Part shown: positions 52,355 through 61,543 of the stretch, piece by piece | How the letters are laid out: each line of letters opens with the position of its first letter | Position numbering within the stretch: the first letter of the stretch is position 1 | DNA from: an uncultured Ruminococcus sp. | Lineage (GTDB): Bacteria > Bacillota > Clostridia > Oscillospirales > CAG-272 | Direction: 5' to 3' | Length of the DNA stretch: 64,000 nt | Assembly (NCBI GenBank): GCA_902778725.1 | Contig: CACYYS010000013.1 | Span: forward strand, 2,608-66,607 | The notes under the pieces: model-generated | The model's input: the letters and a program-made list of their open reading frames with translations, nothing else | What the model was told of the DNA's origin: nothing | The model's database searches: none | Position numbers and translations under genes: made by a program

Positions 52355-53689
52355 GGTCTTTTTTTCTCCTTTTTTTCCTTTTAATAATAACGCCGCGTCC
52401 GGGGCGCCGGGCGAGGCGGCGACGGCGCGCGCCGCGGCCTGTGCCGTGGAAAAGGCGATCTGCAGGTTGTAGCCGCCGGTGCAGGCGTCGCAGTCGATCA
52501 TCTCGCCGATGATATAGAGCCCGGGCAGGAGGCGGGACTCCATCGTCCTCGGGTCGAGCTCCTTCACCGGGACGCCGCCCGCCGTCACGGTCGCTTCTTC
52601 GATCGGGCGGAGGCGGGCGAGCGGCAGGGGAAAGCGCTTGAGGCAGGCGAGGAGGCGCGCGCGCTCCCCGCGGGTGACGGCGTTCGCCTTCTTTTTCGGG
52701 TCAAGGCCCGCCGTACGGGCGAAGGGCTCCGTCATCTTCGCCGGCAGGAGACCGGCGAGGACATTCCGCAGGTCGCGGTTCTGCTGCGCCGCAAGGTCGG
52801 AGAGGAGACGCGCGTCGAGCGTTTTTTCATCGAGGGCGGGCTTGAGATCGATCTCCGCCGTGAGGGAGGAAACGTCCCGCCCGCGCATCGCCGCGCTGGC
52901 GGAGAGGACGAGCGGTCCGCTGACGCCGAAGTGGGTGAAGAGCATCTCCCCCAGCTCGGAGAAGAGCGGCTTGCCTCCCCCGTCCGGGCGGACGGTGAGG
53001 ACGACGTTTTTGAGGGTGAGGCCCATCATCGAGGCGCAGAGCGCCCGGTCCCGCGCCTCGACGGGGACAAGCGAGGGGGAGAGAGGCGTCACGGTATGAC
53101 CGAGCGCGCGGGCGAAGCGGAACCCGTCCCCGGTCGAGCCGGTGAGGGGGTAGGAGAGCCCGCCGCAGGCGAGGACGAGCGCGTCGAAGCGCTCCCGCCC
53201 GCCGCCCGACTCGACGAAAAACCCGCCGTCCTCCGTCCGGCCGACGGCGGAAACGGGGGAGGAATACCTTACCTCGGCGCCCCTCTCCGCGTAGGCGCGC
53301 AGCGCGTCCACCACGTCGTAGGCGCGTTCGCTTTTCGGGAAGACCCGCCTGCCGCGCTGGACTTCAAGCGGGACGCCGAGCCGCTCGAAGAGCGCCATCG
53401 TCTCCGAGGGGGGAAAGGCGTTCACCGCGCTGTAAAGGAAGCGCGGATTGCCGGGGACGTGCCGGAAAAACTCCTCCGGCGGGCAGGCGTTCGTGAGGTT
53501 GCAGCGGCCCTTGCCGGTGATCGCCAGCTTGCGGCCGGGCTGCCGGTTCTTTTCGTATACAGTAAGGCGGAGCCTCCCTCGGGAGAGCTCCGCGCACGCG
53601 CCCGCAAAGAGCATCCCGGCGGCGCCGGCGCCGATCACGGCGACGGAGGGGCGCTGCTCACTTGTTCTTTGCGTAGACGTCATATTCAT
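51674..53689 (-). CDS. continuous ORF joining an HI0933/YhiN-like flavoprotein to cytidylate kinase
   Basis: N-terminus VAVIGAGAAGMLFAG (FAD/NAD fold). There is no stop codon before the cmk module, and the junction is AT-rich and RBS-like. Confidence 0.7.
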   Translation of the reverse strand: MNMTSTQRTSEQRPSVAVIGAGAAGMLFAGACAELSRGRLRLTVYEKNRQPGRKLAITGKGRCNLTNACPPEEFFRHVPGNPRFLYSAVNAFPPSETMALFERLGVPLEVQRGRRVFPKSERAYDVVDALRAYAERGAEVRYSSPVSAVGRTEDGGFFVESGGGRERFDALVLACGGLSYPLTGSTGDGFRFARALGHTVTPLSPSLVPVEARDRALCASMMGLTLKNVVLTVRPDGGGKPLFSELGEMLFTHFGVSGPLVLSASAAMRGRDVSSLTAEIDLKPALDEKTLDARLLSDLAAQQNRDLRNVLAGLLPAKMTEPFARTAGLDPKKKANAVTRGERARLLACLKRFPLPLARLRPIEEATVTAGGVPVKELDPRTMESRLLPGLYIIGEMIDCDACTGGYNLQIAFSTAQAAARAVAASPGAPDAALLLKGKKGEKKTMKPHILIAIDGPSGAGKSSLAKLVAKKLDLLYIDTGALYRSVGYFMLRRGVDPSDAAAVTALLPELDIRLSAGKDAMRVTVCGEDVGDRIRTPEVSAAASKVSAIPAVRAFLLETQKETARKSSVIMDGRDIGTVILPEAKTKIFLTASPEARAKRRWLQLKEQGVETTVEELIEQQKERDRRDREREVAPAVPAPDAVVLDNSDLTLEETAEEVLKLVRQNESLA

Positions 53690-54518
53690 CCCAGAGCCGC
53701 TCGAGCTTGTCGAAGCGGTCGGCGATCTCCGCCTGTTTCTTCTTCCCGATCCCGACGATCAGCGCGTTGATCAGGCTGAGGGGGGCGGTCAGCGAGTCGA
53801 TATAGCTCGCCATGTCGCTCTGCGCCACGAGCAGCTCGTTTGCGTGCCGGGCGATCGGGGAGCTCGCGTTGTCGGTGATCGCGATCACGTCGGCGCCCAG
53901 CTCGTGCGCGTAGTCGACGGCGTTGACAAGGCGCGAGGAGTAGCGCGGGAAGCTGATGGCGATCAGCACGTCCTCCTTTGTCATCGGGAAGAGGCTCTCG
54001 AAGACCTCGCTGCCGCTGGTGGTCTTGACGAGCCGGATGTTGTCGAAGACGAGGTTGAGCCCGTAGGAGAGGAAGTCCGCGAGCGCGGCGGAGGCGCGCA
54101 CGCCCATGATATAGATCTTGTGCGCGGAGACGATCCGCTCGATCGCGCGGTAAAAATCCTCCCGGCTCACCGACTCGAGCGTGACGCGGATCTTGTCCGC
54201 GTCCGAGAGCAGGACCTTTTCGAGGATATCGCCGTCTCCGAGGCGGTTATTGGTCACCTCGATGCGCTGGTTGTAGGTCAGGCGGGAGCGGATGATCTCC
54301 TGCAGAGACTTCTGCATCTCGGGATAGCCCTCGAAGCCCAGCTCGATCGCAAACCGCACGACCGTGCTCTCCGAGACGCCGACGAGCGACCCCAGCCGCG
54401 CCGCCGTCATATACGCCGCCTTGTCATAGTTGCCGATCAGATAGCGCGCGATCAGCTTCTGCCCCTTGGAAAACTCCGGGAACCGCTCTTCCAGCAGCCG
54501 GATCAGATCTCCCGTCAT
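53658..54518 (-). CDS. MurR/RpiR family transcriptional regulator
   Basis: N-terminal HTH (AARLGSLVGVSESTVVRFA) plus a SIS domain. Confidence 0.85.
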   Translation of the reverse strand: MTGDLIRLLEERFPEFSKGQKLIARYLIGNYDKAAYMTAARLGSLVGVSESTVVRFAIELGFEGYPEMQKSLQEIIRSRLTYNQRIEVTNNRLGDGDILEKVLLSDADKIRVTLESVSREDFYRAIERIVSAHKIYIMGVRASAALADFLSYGLNLVFDNIRLVKTTSGSEVFESLFPMTKEDVLIAISFPRYSSRLVNAVDYAHELGADVIAITDNASSPIARHANELLVAQSDMASYIDSLTAPLSLINALIVGIGKKKQAEIADRFDKLERLWDEYDVYAKNK

Positions 54519-54616
54519 GATATTTACCGTCCTTTTCTTTTTCGGCGCCGCCGGGGATAATTCCCCCGGTCCGGGTCATATTGTCAGATAGAGTATAACT
54601 TATTCCCGCCGGTTTG

Positions 54617-55273
54617 TCAATCGGGCAGGCGGCAGATCAGGCAGTTGATGGTCTTGCCCTCCGCGGAGAACGCCCGCTCGTACTCGGTCATCACGTTCTC
54701 CTCCGCCCGGGAGGAGGCGTGAAGGTCGGTCGTGACGAACTCCGTCACCAGTCCCGCGTCGGCAAACCGCTCGAGCGAGAAGGCGAAAAGCTCGTCGTTG
54801 TCGGTCTTCTGGACGATCCGCCCGCCCGGCGCGAGCAGACGCTTGTACTGCTCCACCCGCTCGGGGGCGGTCAGCCGGCGCCGCGCGTGTCCCTTTTTGG
54901 GCCACGGATCGGAAAAATTGAGGTAGATCGCGGAGACGGAGCCGGGCGGCAGCCAGGCGTCGAGGTCCTCGGCGTGCGCGAGGATGAAGCGGAGATTGCC
55001 GATGCAGCTCTCCCGCGCCGCCTCCGCCCGCTCGAGGGCGTTGACCATGACGTTGCCCACCTTCTCCACCGCGAGGTAGCGCCGCTCCGGGTGCCGCGCC
55101 GCGCTCTCCACGGCAAAGGCGCCCTTCCCGCAGCCGATCTCGAGGTGGATCTCCCCCGCGCCGCCGCCGAAGGGCGCGGCGGGATCGGCGCGGAGCGCCG
55201 CCGGATCGGTGAGGAGGAATTCCGCGCAGCGCGCCATCCTCTCCTCCCCGTGGCGTTTTTTTCGCATTCTCAT
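54617..55273 (-). CDS. trmB: tRNA (guanine46-N7)-methyltransferase
   Basis: SAM motif LEIGCGKG and signature NFSDPWPKK. The start is placed at the MRMRKK ATG. Confidence 0.85.
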   Translation of the reverse strand: MRMRKKRHGEERMARCAEFLLTDPAALRADPAAPFGGGAGEIHLEIGCGKGAFAVESAARHPERRYLAVEKVGNVMVNALERAEAARESCIGNLRFILAHAEDLDAWLPPGSVSAIYLNFSDPWPKKGHARRRLTAPERVEQYKRLLAPGGRIVQKTDNDELFAFSLERFADAGLVTEFVTTDLHASSRAEENVMTEYERAFSAEGKTINCLICRLPD

Positions 55274-55426
55274 CTTGCAATTTCCCTCTGGGTTTAGTAT
55301 AATAAAATGCGGATACCAATTGGATCTTTTCCGCAAGCGACCTTATGATAGCATATAAAACGGGAAAAGTCAAAGTTTTTTGCATTTTTGTCCATCAAAA
55401 AATGCAGGCAAGAAAGGATCTTTCGG

Positions 55427-56545
55427 ATGGAAAAAGCAGATTTTCTGGACCGGGTGGCGACCGCGCTGGCGCAGCGCGGGATGACGGACGCGGAGATCCT
55501 CCGCTATACCGAAAAGACCTCCGCCCTCCTCGATAAACTCCCGGCGGAGGAGCTCGGCGCCGTCCTCTCCGACCGGGTGGACGCGGACCGCTTCGCCGCC
55601 GAGCTGCTCGCGGAAGAAAAACCGGTGAAAAAGCCGGAGCCCTCCCCCGCCGCGCAGCGCGCCGCGCTGCCGGTGACCAAGGTCCCGGTCCCGCCGGCGG
55701 CGCAGAAGCCGACCGTACCGGCGCCGCAAAAGGCGCCGACCCCCGCGCAGCAGCAGACCGCTCCGGCGGGAAGACCCGCGCAGACCCCCGCGCCGCAAAG
55801 GCAGACCGCGCCCGCGCCCGCCCCGCAGAAAACGCCCGCCGCTCCGGCGGGAAGACCCGCGCAGACCCCCGCGCCGCAAAGGCAGACCGCGCCCGCGTCC
55901 GCCCCGCAGAAAGCGCCCGCCGCTCCTGCGGGAAGACCCGCGCAGGCTCCGGCGCAGAAGCCTTCCGTTCCCTCCGTCCCCGCGCGGGGCGAGGAGCAGG
56001 ACGCCCGGACGGGCGTATCCGCCAAAACAGAGGTCGTGATCGATACGGGAAAAGTTCCCTCTCATCCCTTCTCCGACCGCGGGAAGGAAAAACAAAAACA
56101 GCAGGCGGCCGGCGGCGCCGTGGCGCGCGACAACCGCGACTACTCCCGCTTCTGGCTGCTCTTCTGGCTCACCCTCCCCTTCACGCTGATCCTCGGGCTC
56201 GCCGGCGCCGCGGTCTTCCTCGGGCTGATCGCGATCCTCGTCCTCTCGATCGTCGGGCTGACCGCCCTCCTGATCGCCGTCTCGGTCGCGGGCACCGCCC
56301 TCGCCCTCGTCGGCATCATCTACGGCGCGATCCAGCTCTTCTCCGGCTCCGGCCCCGCCGGTCTCTACGAGATCGGCGAGGGACTGATGATCGCCGGCGG
56401 CACGATGCTCGCGGGCATCCTGCTCTATAACGCCGCCGTCCGCCTCGCCCCCTTCCTGATCCGGAAGACGGCGCGGCTGATCGGCGTCACCGCGAAAGCG
56501 CTGAAAAAACTCTTTCTGAAGATCAAGGGGGCGATGGCACAATGA
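55427..56545 (+). CDS. DUF1700-like membrane protein with proline-rich tandem repeats
   Basis: N-terminus KADFLDRVATALAQRGMTDAEILRYTEK and C-terminal TM helices. Start at ATG 55427. Confidence 0.65.
   Translation: MEKADFLDRVATALAQRGMTDAEILRYTEKTSALLDKLPAEELGAVLSDRVDADRFAAELLAEEKPVKKPEPSPAAQRAALPVTKVPVPPAAQKPTVPAPQKAPTPAQQQTAPAGRPAQTPAPQRQTAPAPAPQKTPAAPAGRPAQTPAPQRQTAPASAPQKAPAAPAGRPAQAPAQKPSVPSVPARGEEQDARTGVSAKTEVVIDTGKVPSHPFSDRGKEKQKQQAAGGAVARDNRDYSRFWLLFWLTLPFTLILGLAGAAVFLGLIAILVLSIVGLTALLIAVSVAGTALALVGIIYGAIQLFSGSGPAGLYEIGEGLMIAGGTMLAGILLYNAAVRLAPFLIRKTARLIGVTAKALKKLFLKIKGAMAQ
55760..55950 (+). repeat. in-frame 81-bp tandem repeat (about 2.3 units) encoding PAGRPAQTPAPQRQTAPA..
   Basis: Units begin at 55760, 55841 and 55922. 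Confidence 0.85.
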
Positions 56546-57429
56546 AACCGGCGTCGATCATCTTTCTCGTTATCGCGGTCGTCATCACCTCGGTCGGATT
56601 CTTCCTCTGCCGCAAGGCGGAGAGCCGGGCGGAGGCCGAGGGCGTCGAGCTCTTCAACTCCTCCACCGACGATGACGGCAACCGCGTCTCCACCCTCCGC
56701 TACAACACCGACACGATGCAGAAGATCTCGGTCACCCTGAACCGCGGGACCGTCTACGTCCGGCGCGGCGCCGAGCAGAAGGTCGAGACCGTCAATATGA
56801 TGGACGGCTTTTACCTCAAGGGCATCTCCACCAATATGCTCCAGATCAACGACACCCTCGGCGTCGTCGATATGTTCAAGGAGGGCGGGCTCGGACTCTC
56901 CTTCAACGGTCTGCGCAACATCCTCCGCAGCTTTGACCTGATCCGCAAGGAAAAAGCGGTCTATATCTACGTCCCGGACGGGACCGCGCTCAACGGCGTC
57001 AGCGTTACGGTGAAGTCCGGGGACATCGTCCTCGAGGACCTCTCCGTCGACGCGGACCTCACCCTGGAGGCGGAGGCGGGCGACATCCGCCTGAAGAACG
57101 TCTCGACCTCCGGGATGCTCCAGGCGAGCGCGGGCGCGGGAAACGTCACCATCCGCGAGGGCTTTGCCGGCGATCTGCGCGTCAAGGCGGGCAAAGGCTC
57201 CGTCACCCTTGAAAACACCCTGCTGAAGGTCGCCTCCCTCTCCGTGGAAGAGGGCGATATCTCCCTCACCCTCCCCTCCTCCCTGCTCTCCTACGCCGCC
57301 ACCCTCGCCGCCCCGGGCGGCATCACCGTCAACGGCGAGCCCGTCGGCGTCAGCCTCTCCACCGGAGTCCAAAGCGAGCTTTCCCTCACCGCGAAGACCG
57401 CCCGCGGCAAGCTGACGGTCAAGGCCTGA
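56542..57429 (+). CDS. DUF4097-like beta-strand repeat protein (putative adhesin fold), membrane anchored
   Basis: N-terminal TM helix and a repetitive G(D/N)(I/V) beta-strand pattern. Its start overlaps the upstream gene's stop in an ATGA. Confidence 0.6.
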   Translation: MKPASIIFLVIAVVITSVGFFLCRKAESRAEAEGVELFNSSTDDDGNRVSTLRYNTDTMQKISVTLNRGTVYVRRGAEQKVETVNMMDGFYLKGISTNMLQINDTLGVVDMFKEGGLGLSFNGLRNILRSFDLIRKEKAVYIYVPDGTALNGVSVTVKSGDIVLEDLSVDADLTLEAEAGDIRLKNVSTSGMLQASAGAGNVTIREGFAGDLRVKAGKGSVTLENTLLKVASLSVEEGDISLTLPSSLLSYAATLAAPGGITVNGEPVGVSLSTGVQSELSLTAKTARGKLTVKA

Positions 57430-57508
57430 AGAAGAAAAAGCAGATCCCGGAACGCCTGCCCCGCGGCAAGCGTCCCCCCGGGATCTGCTTTCCTTTTCCC
57501 GGGACCCG

Positions 57509-58675
57509 TTGACATCCGTCCCGCGCGGTGGTATACTGTTTTCAGTTTTCAGAAAGGATCTTTTCGCCGTGGATCATCCCGTTACCCCCTCCGGCGGGCA
57601 GGGCGCGCCCCTGCCGCCGCAGACCCCTCCCCCCGTCCCCCCGCAGGGGCCGTATCTTTACACCGTCCCCCCGCAGACGCCTCCCGTCCCCTCGCCGGAG
57701 GAGGAGACAAAAAGCGCGTATAACCGGATCGGCCTCGCCTATTTCGGCCTCGTCGCGGCGGCGCAGTTCGCGCTCGCCCCCCTCGTCGCCGTCCTGATCC
57801 ATTTCTTCCCGTCTCTTTCAAAAGAAGCGTGGTTCAACGTCGCCTTCTCCTTCTTCGCGCTCTACTGCGTCGGGATGCCCGCCGTCCTCCTCTGCCTCAA
57901 AGGGATGCCGAAAAACGACATCATCCGCCGCCCCTTCTCCTTCTCCTCTTTTGTAAAGATCACGGTCATCTCCCTCTCGGTGATGAACCTGCTCAACTTC
58001 TTCTCCCTCTGGCTCGTCCGGCTGCTCGAGGCTCTGATCGGCTCGGAGATCACCTCCCCGCTCGATCAGTCGCTGGAGTCCTCCGGCGTCTGGTTCTACC
58101 TCCTCTCCGCCGTCGTGATCGCGCCGGTCTTTGAGGAGCTGCTCTTCCGCCGGATCCTGCTCACCCGCCTCGTCCGCTTCGGCGAGTGGCCCGCCGTCCT
58201 CGTCAGCGCCCTGATCTTCTCCCTCGTGCACGGCAACTTCTTCCAGATCTTCTACGCCTTCGCCGTCGGGATCCTGCTCGGCTGGCTCTACCTGCGCACC
58301 GGCAGGCTCCTCTACACGGTCCTCCTCCACTTCCTGCTCAACTTCTTCGGCTCGGTGCCCGGCGTCCTGATCGAACGCTTCTGCGATACCGAGGGGCTCG
58401 ACGCCTTCCTCGAGGATCCCGCCGCCGTCTCGGGCGACGCCCTCGCCGCCCTGATCCCCACCGTCGCCGTCTACGGGCTCTACCTCCTCGCGCTCGTCGC
58501 CGTCATCGTCTGCGGCGTCGTCTTCCTCGTCCGCGCCTTCCGGCGCGAACGCCTCCGCCTCTCCCTCTCCCCCTTCCCCGCAAAAAAGACCGCCGGTCTG
58601 ATCTTCGGCAACGTCGGGATGATCCTCTTCCTCCTCGTCAGCGCCGCCGTGATCCTCGTCAGTCTGATGTCGTGA
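57509..58675 (+). CDS. CPBP family intramembrane glutamic endopeptidase
   Basis: Motifs APVFEELLFRR and FSLVHGN. The N-terminal start is uncertain; GTG 57569 is an alternative. Confidence 0.75.
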   Translation: MTSVPRGGILFSVFRKDLFAVDHPVTPSGGQGAPLPPQTPPPVPPQGPYLYTVPPQTPPVPSPEEETKSAYNRIGLAYFGLVAAAQFALAPLVAVLIHFFPSLSKEAWFNVAFSFFALYCVGMPAVLLCLKGMPKNDIIRRPFSFSSFVKITVISLSVMNLLNFFSLWLVRLLEALIGSEITSPLDQSLESSGVWFYLLSAVVIAPVFEELLFRRILLTRLVRFGEWPAVLVSALIFSLVHGNFFQIFYAFAVGILLGWLYLRTGRLLYTVLLHFLLNFFGSVPGVLIERFCDTEGLDAFLEDPAAVSGDALAALIPTVAVYGLYLLALVAVIVCGVVFLVRAFRRERLRLSLSPFPAKKTAGLIFGNVGMILFLLVSAAVILVSLMS

Positions 58676-58690
58676 TATAAGGAGTCCGCC

Positions 58691-59272
58691 ATGACAAACG
58701 AAGAACGTTTCCTCGATCTCTACCGCGGGAAGATCCGCCGCGAGGGCGCCGACAAGCTGCTCGAGTTTTTACGCTCCCCGCAGTCCGACTTCTTCACCGC
58801 CCCCGCCAGCGCCCGCTACCACAGCGCCTTTGAGGGCGGGCTCCTCGCCCACAGCCTCAACGTCTACGACTGCCTCTGCGATTACCTCGCGCGCCGCCGC
58901 GTCACCGATCTCTACGGCCTCGCCTACCCCGAGGAGTCCGTCGCGATCGCCGCCCTCCTGCACGACATCTGCAAGGTCAACTGCTATAAACCCGGCTTCC
59001 GCAACCAGAAGGACGAAAACGGCGTCTGGCAGCGCGTCCCGACCTACGAGTTCTCCGATCCCCTCCCCTACGGGCACGGGGAAAAGTCCGTCTATATCAT
59101 CTCCGGCTACCTCCGCCTCACCCGCGACGAGGCGTTCGCCATCCGCTATCATATGGGCTTCTCGGGGAGCGAGGACCCCCGCAGCGTCGGCGACGCCCTC
59201 CGGATGTTCCCCCTCGCCTTCGCCCTCTCCGTCGCCGATATGGAAGCCTCCTACTTCCTCGAAAAGAACTGA
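58691..59272 (+). CDS. HD domain phosphohydrolase
   Basis: ARYHSAFEGGLLAHSL and LLHDICK. Confidence 0.75.
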   Translation: MTNEERFLDLYRGKIRREGADKLLEFLRSPQSDFFTAPASARYHSAFEGGLLAHSLNVYDCLCDYLARRRVTDLYGLAYPEESVAIAALLHDICKVNCYKPGFRNQKDENGVWQRVPTYEFSDPLPYGHGEKSVYIISGYLRLTRDEAFAIRYHMGFSGSEDPRSVGDALRMFPLAFALSVADMEASYFLEKN

Positions 59273-59273
59273 T

Positions 59274-60029
59274 ATGGAACAGATCTCCTTTACCGCCGCC
59301 CTCGCGGACGTTCCCTTTACCGTTTCCTGCCGATTCCCGCAGAATAAATCCTTTTTTGCCGACTACCTCTCGGACGGGGAGCCGCGTTTTTCCGTCGCCC
59401 CGGGCGAGGACGACCTCCTCGCCGCAAAGGAGAGCTACCTTCGCACCATGCGCGCCGAAGGGAAACAGGCGCTCCCCTGCACCGAGCCCTTCCTCGAGAA
59501 TATCGCCCTCCATACCCTGATCGCCGAGGAAATGCTCGCCTTCGATACCCTCCTCATGCACGGCTCCGCCGTCGCCCTCGACGGAGAAGCCTTCCTCTTC
59601 ACCGCCGAAAGCGGCGTCGGGAAAAGTACCCATACCCGCCTCTGGCGCGAGGTCTTCGGCGACCGCGCCTTCGCCCTGAACGACGATAAGCCCCTCCTCT
59701 CCGTCCGGGACTCCGGCGTCTTCGCCTGCGGCACCCCCTGGTGCGGCAAGCACGGCCTCAACCGCAACGCCGTCCTCCCCCTCCGCGCCATCGCCTGGCT
59801 CACCCGCGGAAAAGAAAACGCCATCCGCCCCCTCTCCCCCGCCGAGGCGATCCCCACCCTCTTCTCCCAGTGCTTCCGCTCGGAAACGGAAGCCGGGATG
59901 GATCGCGTCCTCGCCCTCGAGGACGCCCTCCTCCGCCGCGTCCCCTTCTTCAAGCTCGCCTGCACCATCTCCCGCGACGCCGTCCGCGTCGCCTACGAAG
60001 GAATGACGGGGAGAGAGTGGAAAGAGTGA
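59274..60029 (+). CDS. HPr-kinase-related P-loop protein (function unknown)
   Basis: LMHGSAVALDGEAFLFTAESGVGKSTHT resembles the HprK C-terminal-like kinase fold. Start at ATG 59274. Confidence 0.55.
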   Translation: MEQISFTAALADVPFTVSCRFPQNKSFFADYLSDGEPRFSVAPGEDDLLAAKESYLRTMRAEGKQALPCTEPFLENIALHTLIAEEMLAFDTLLMHGSAVALDGEAFLFTAESGVGKSTHTRLWREVFGDRAFALNDDKPLLSVRDSGVFACGTPWCGKHGLNRNAVLPLRAIAWLTRGKENAIRPLSPAEAIPTLFSQCFRSETEAGMDRVLALEDALLRRVPFFKLACTISRDAVRVAYEGMTGREWKE

Positions 60030-60040
60030 GAAAGAAAAAA

Positions 60041-60856
60041 GCCTTCCTTTTCTGAAGAAAAGGAAGCGAAAAGCCCTTCTTTTCTGAAGAAAAGAAGGCA
60101 AAAGACTTTTTGAAGGGGCAGGGAAAAGAAAAAGCGCGTTCAAAGCTTCTCCTTCCCCAAAAGCCGGTCCGTTACGGAATGGACCGGCTTTTTGTTTGGG
60201 TAAAGGAAAGCGCGAACATAGCGGATCAAATCCCCCACACGCAAAAAACGGCGCGGGAACAAAACAAAAGCGCGATCCGGCGCGCCAGGTGACAGGCCAC
60301 CTCCGCGCCTGCAATGCGGGAAAAGGCTCCCTCTTGAGGGAGCTGGCGCCCGCAGGGCGACTGAAGGAGTCAGGAGAGAAAGGCAAAAAGCAGGAGAAAA
60401 GACAGGGAGACGAAACTCCTTCCGTCAAAACTTCGTTTTGACACCTCCCTCGGGAGGGAGGCTGACGAAAACTCCTTCCGTCGCGGCAAGCCGCGCCACC
60501 TCCCTCAAGAGGGAGGCTAATGAAACTCCTTCCGTCTCGCTCCGCGAGCCACCGGCCCGGCGGGGTCCCCAGAAAGGTCCGGAGGACCTTTTGGGGGATC
60601 GGGCCCTCGAGAGGGAGGCTGACAGGACTCCTTCCGCAGCGGGTCGCTCAAACCGAAAAACGCCCTATTCGTATCGGGCGTTTTTTGACCCGAGAGAGGA
60701 TATGAACGCGCTATATTGCGCAAAAGGAAAAAGCCGGGCGATCCGTACCGCCCGGCTTTTGGGGAAGGAGCTTCTTTGAACGCGCTTTTACTTTTCCCTG
60801 CCCCTTCAGAAAGTCTTTTGCTTCCTTTTCTTCAGAAAAGGAAGTCTTCAGAAAAG
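60041..60856. repeat. composite intergenic repeat element with ~130-bp terminal inverted repeats (MITE-like)
   Basis: Module A at 60041-60192 and its inverted copy at 60725-60856 flank a non-coding core. The core's right part (about 60400-60724) is the reverse complement of 15561-15830. Confidence 0.6.
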
Positions 60857-61543
60857 TAGGTGGAGTTCCCGGAAGGGGGTAAGGGCGCGGGAGAGGAGGA
60901 GGCGTTTATAATCCTGCCAGCCGGAGATCTTCTCCTCGGAGAAGACGCCGCCCATATACTTCTGGTTGGGGATATGGCAGTCGGAGCCGCCGGTGCCGGG
61001 CAGGCCGAAGGAGTCCGCGTACGCTTCGGCGCGGCGGTCGAAGAGGAAGTGTCCCTCGGCGGGGTGGGCGGCGTTGACGATCTCGACGGCGTCGGTGATA
61101 TCGGGGTAGAGGCGGAGGGTCTTGATATAGCCGCGCTGGCGGAAGGGGTGCGCCTGGACGCAGAGGTAGTCCTGCCCGTGGCAGCGGTCGATCAGCTGGC
61201 GCATATCGAGCTGATCGAGGTCGGGATTGGCGAGGAGGAAGTCGCGGTCCGGTCCGTAGACGAGGAACTCGGTGGCGTGGTACCAGAACTCGATCCCGAG
61301 GAAGACGTCGAGGCCGATCTTCTCTCCTTCTTTTTTTGCGTTTTCATAGCCGGAGAGGTAGACTTCGACCTTTTCCTCCCACGGGAGGGAGGGGTCGACG
61401 GCGGAGGAGCCGTTGAAGAAGTGGTCGGTGACAAAGATCCCGTCGTAGCCGAGGTCCTTATACATCCGGGCGACGTCGGCGCCGGGCATTTTGCCGCAGC
61501 GGCTCGCCTCTTTGGTATGGCAATGCGTCTCGTAGCGGAACAT
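60848..61543 (-). CDS. PHP domain (histidinol-phosphatase-like) protein
   Basis: N-terminal ETHCHTKEAS and FVTDH motifs. Confidence 0.75.
   Translation of the reverse strand: MFRYETHCHTKEASRCGKMPGADVARMYKDLGYDGIFVTDHFFNGSSAVDPSLPWEEKVEVYLSGYENAKKEGEKIGLDVFLGIEFWYHATEFLVYGPDRDFLLANPDLDQLDMRQLIDRCHGQDYLCVQAHPFRQRGYIKTLRLYPDITDAVEIVNAAHPAEGHFLFDRRAEAYADSFGLPGTGGSDCHIPNQKYMGGVFSEEKISGWQDYKRLLLSRALTPFRELHLLF

Noticed and set aside
60395-60650. CRISPR-like spaced palindromic repeats (CCTCCCTCnnGAGGGAGG..ACTCCTTCCG)
   Set aside because: There are only three to four copies. Spacers are irregular (about 20 to 70 nt), repeats are imperfect, and no cas genes are present. The same sequence recurs inverted at 15561-15830 as part of a dispersed repeat.
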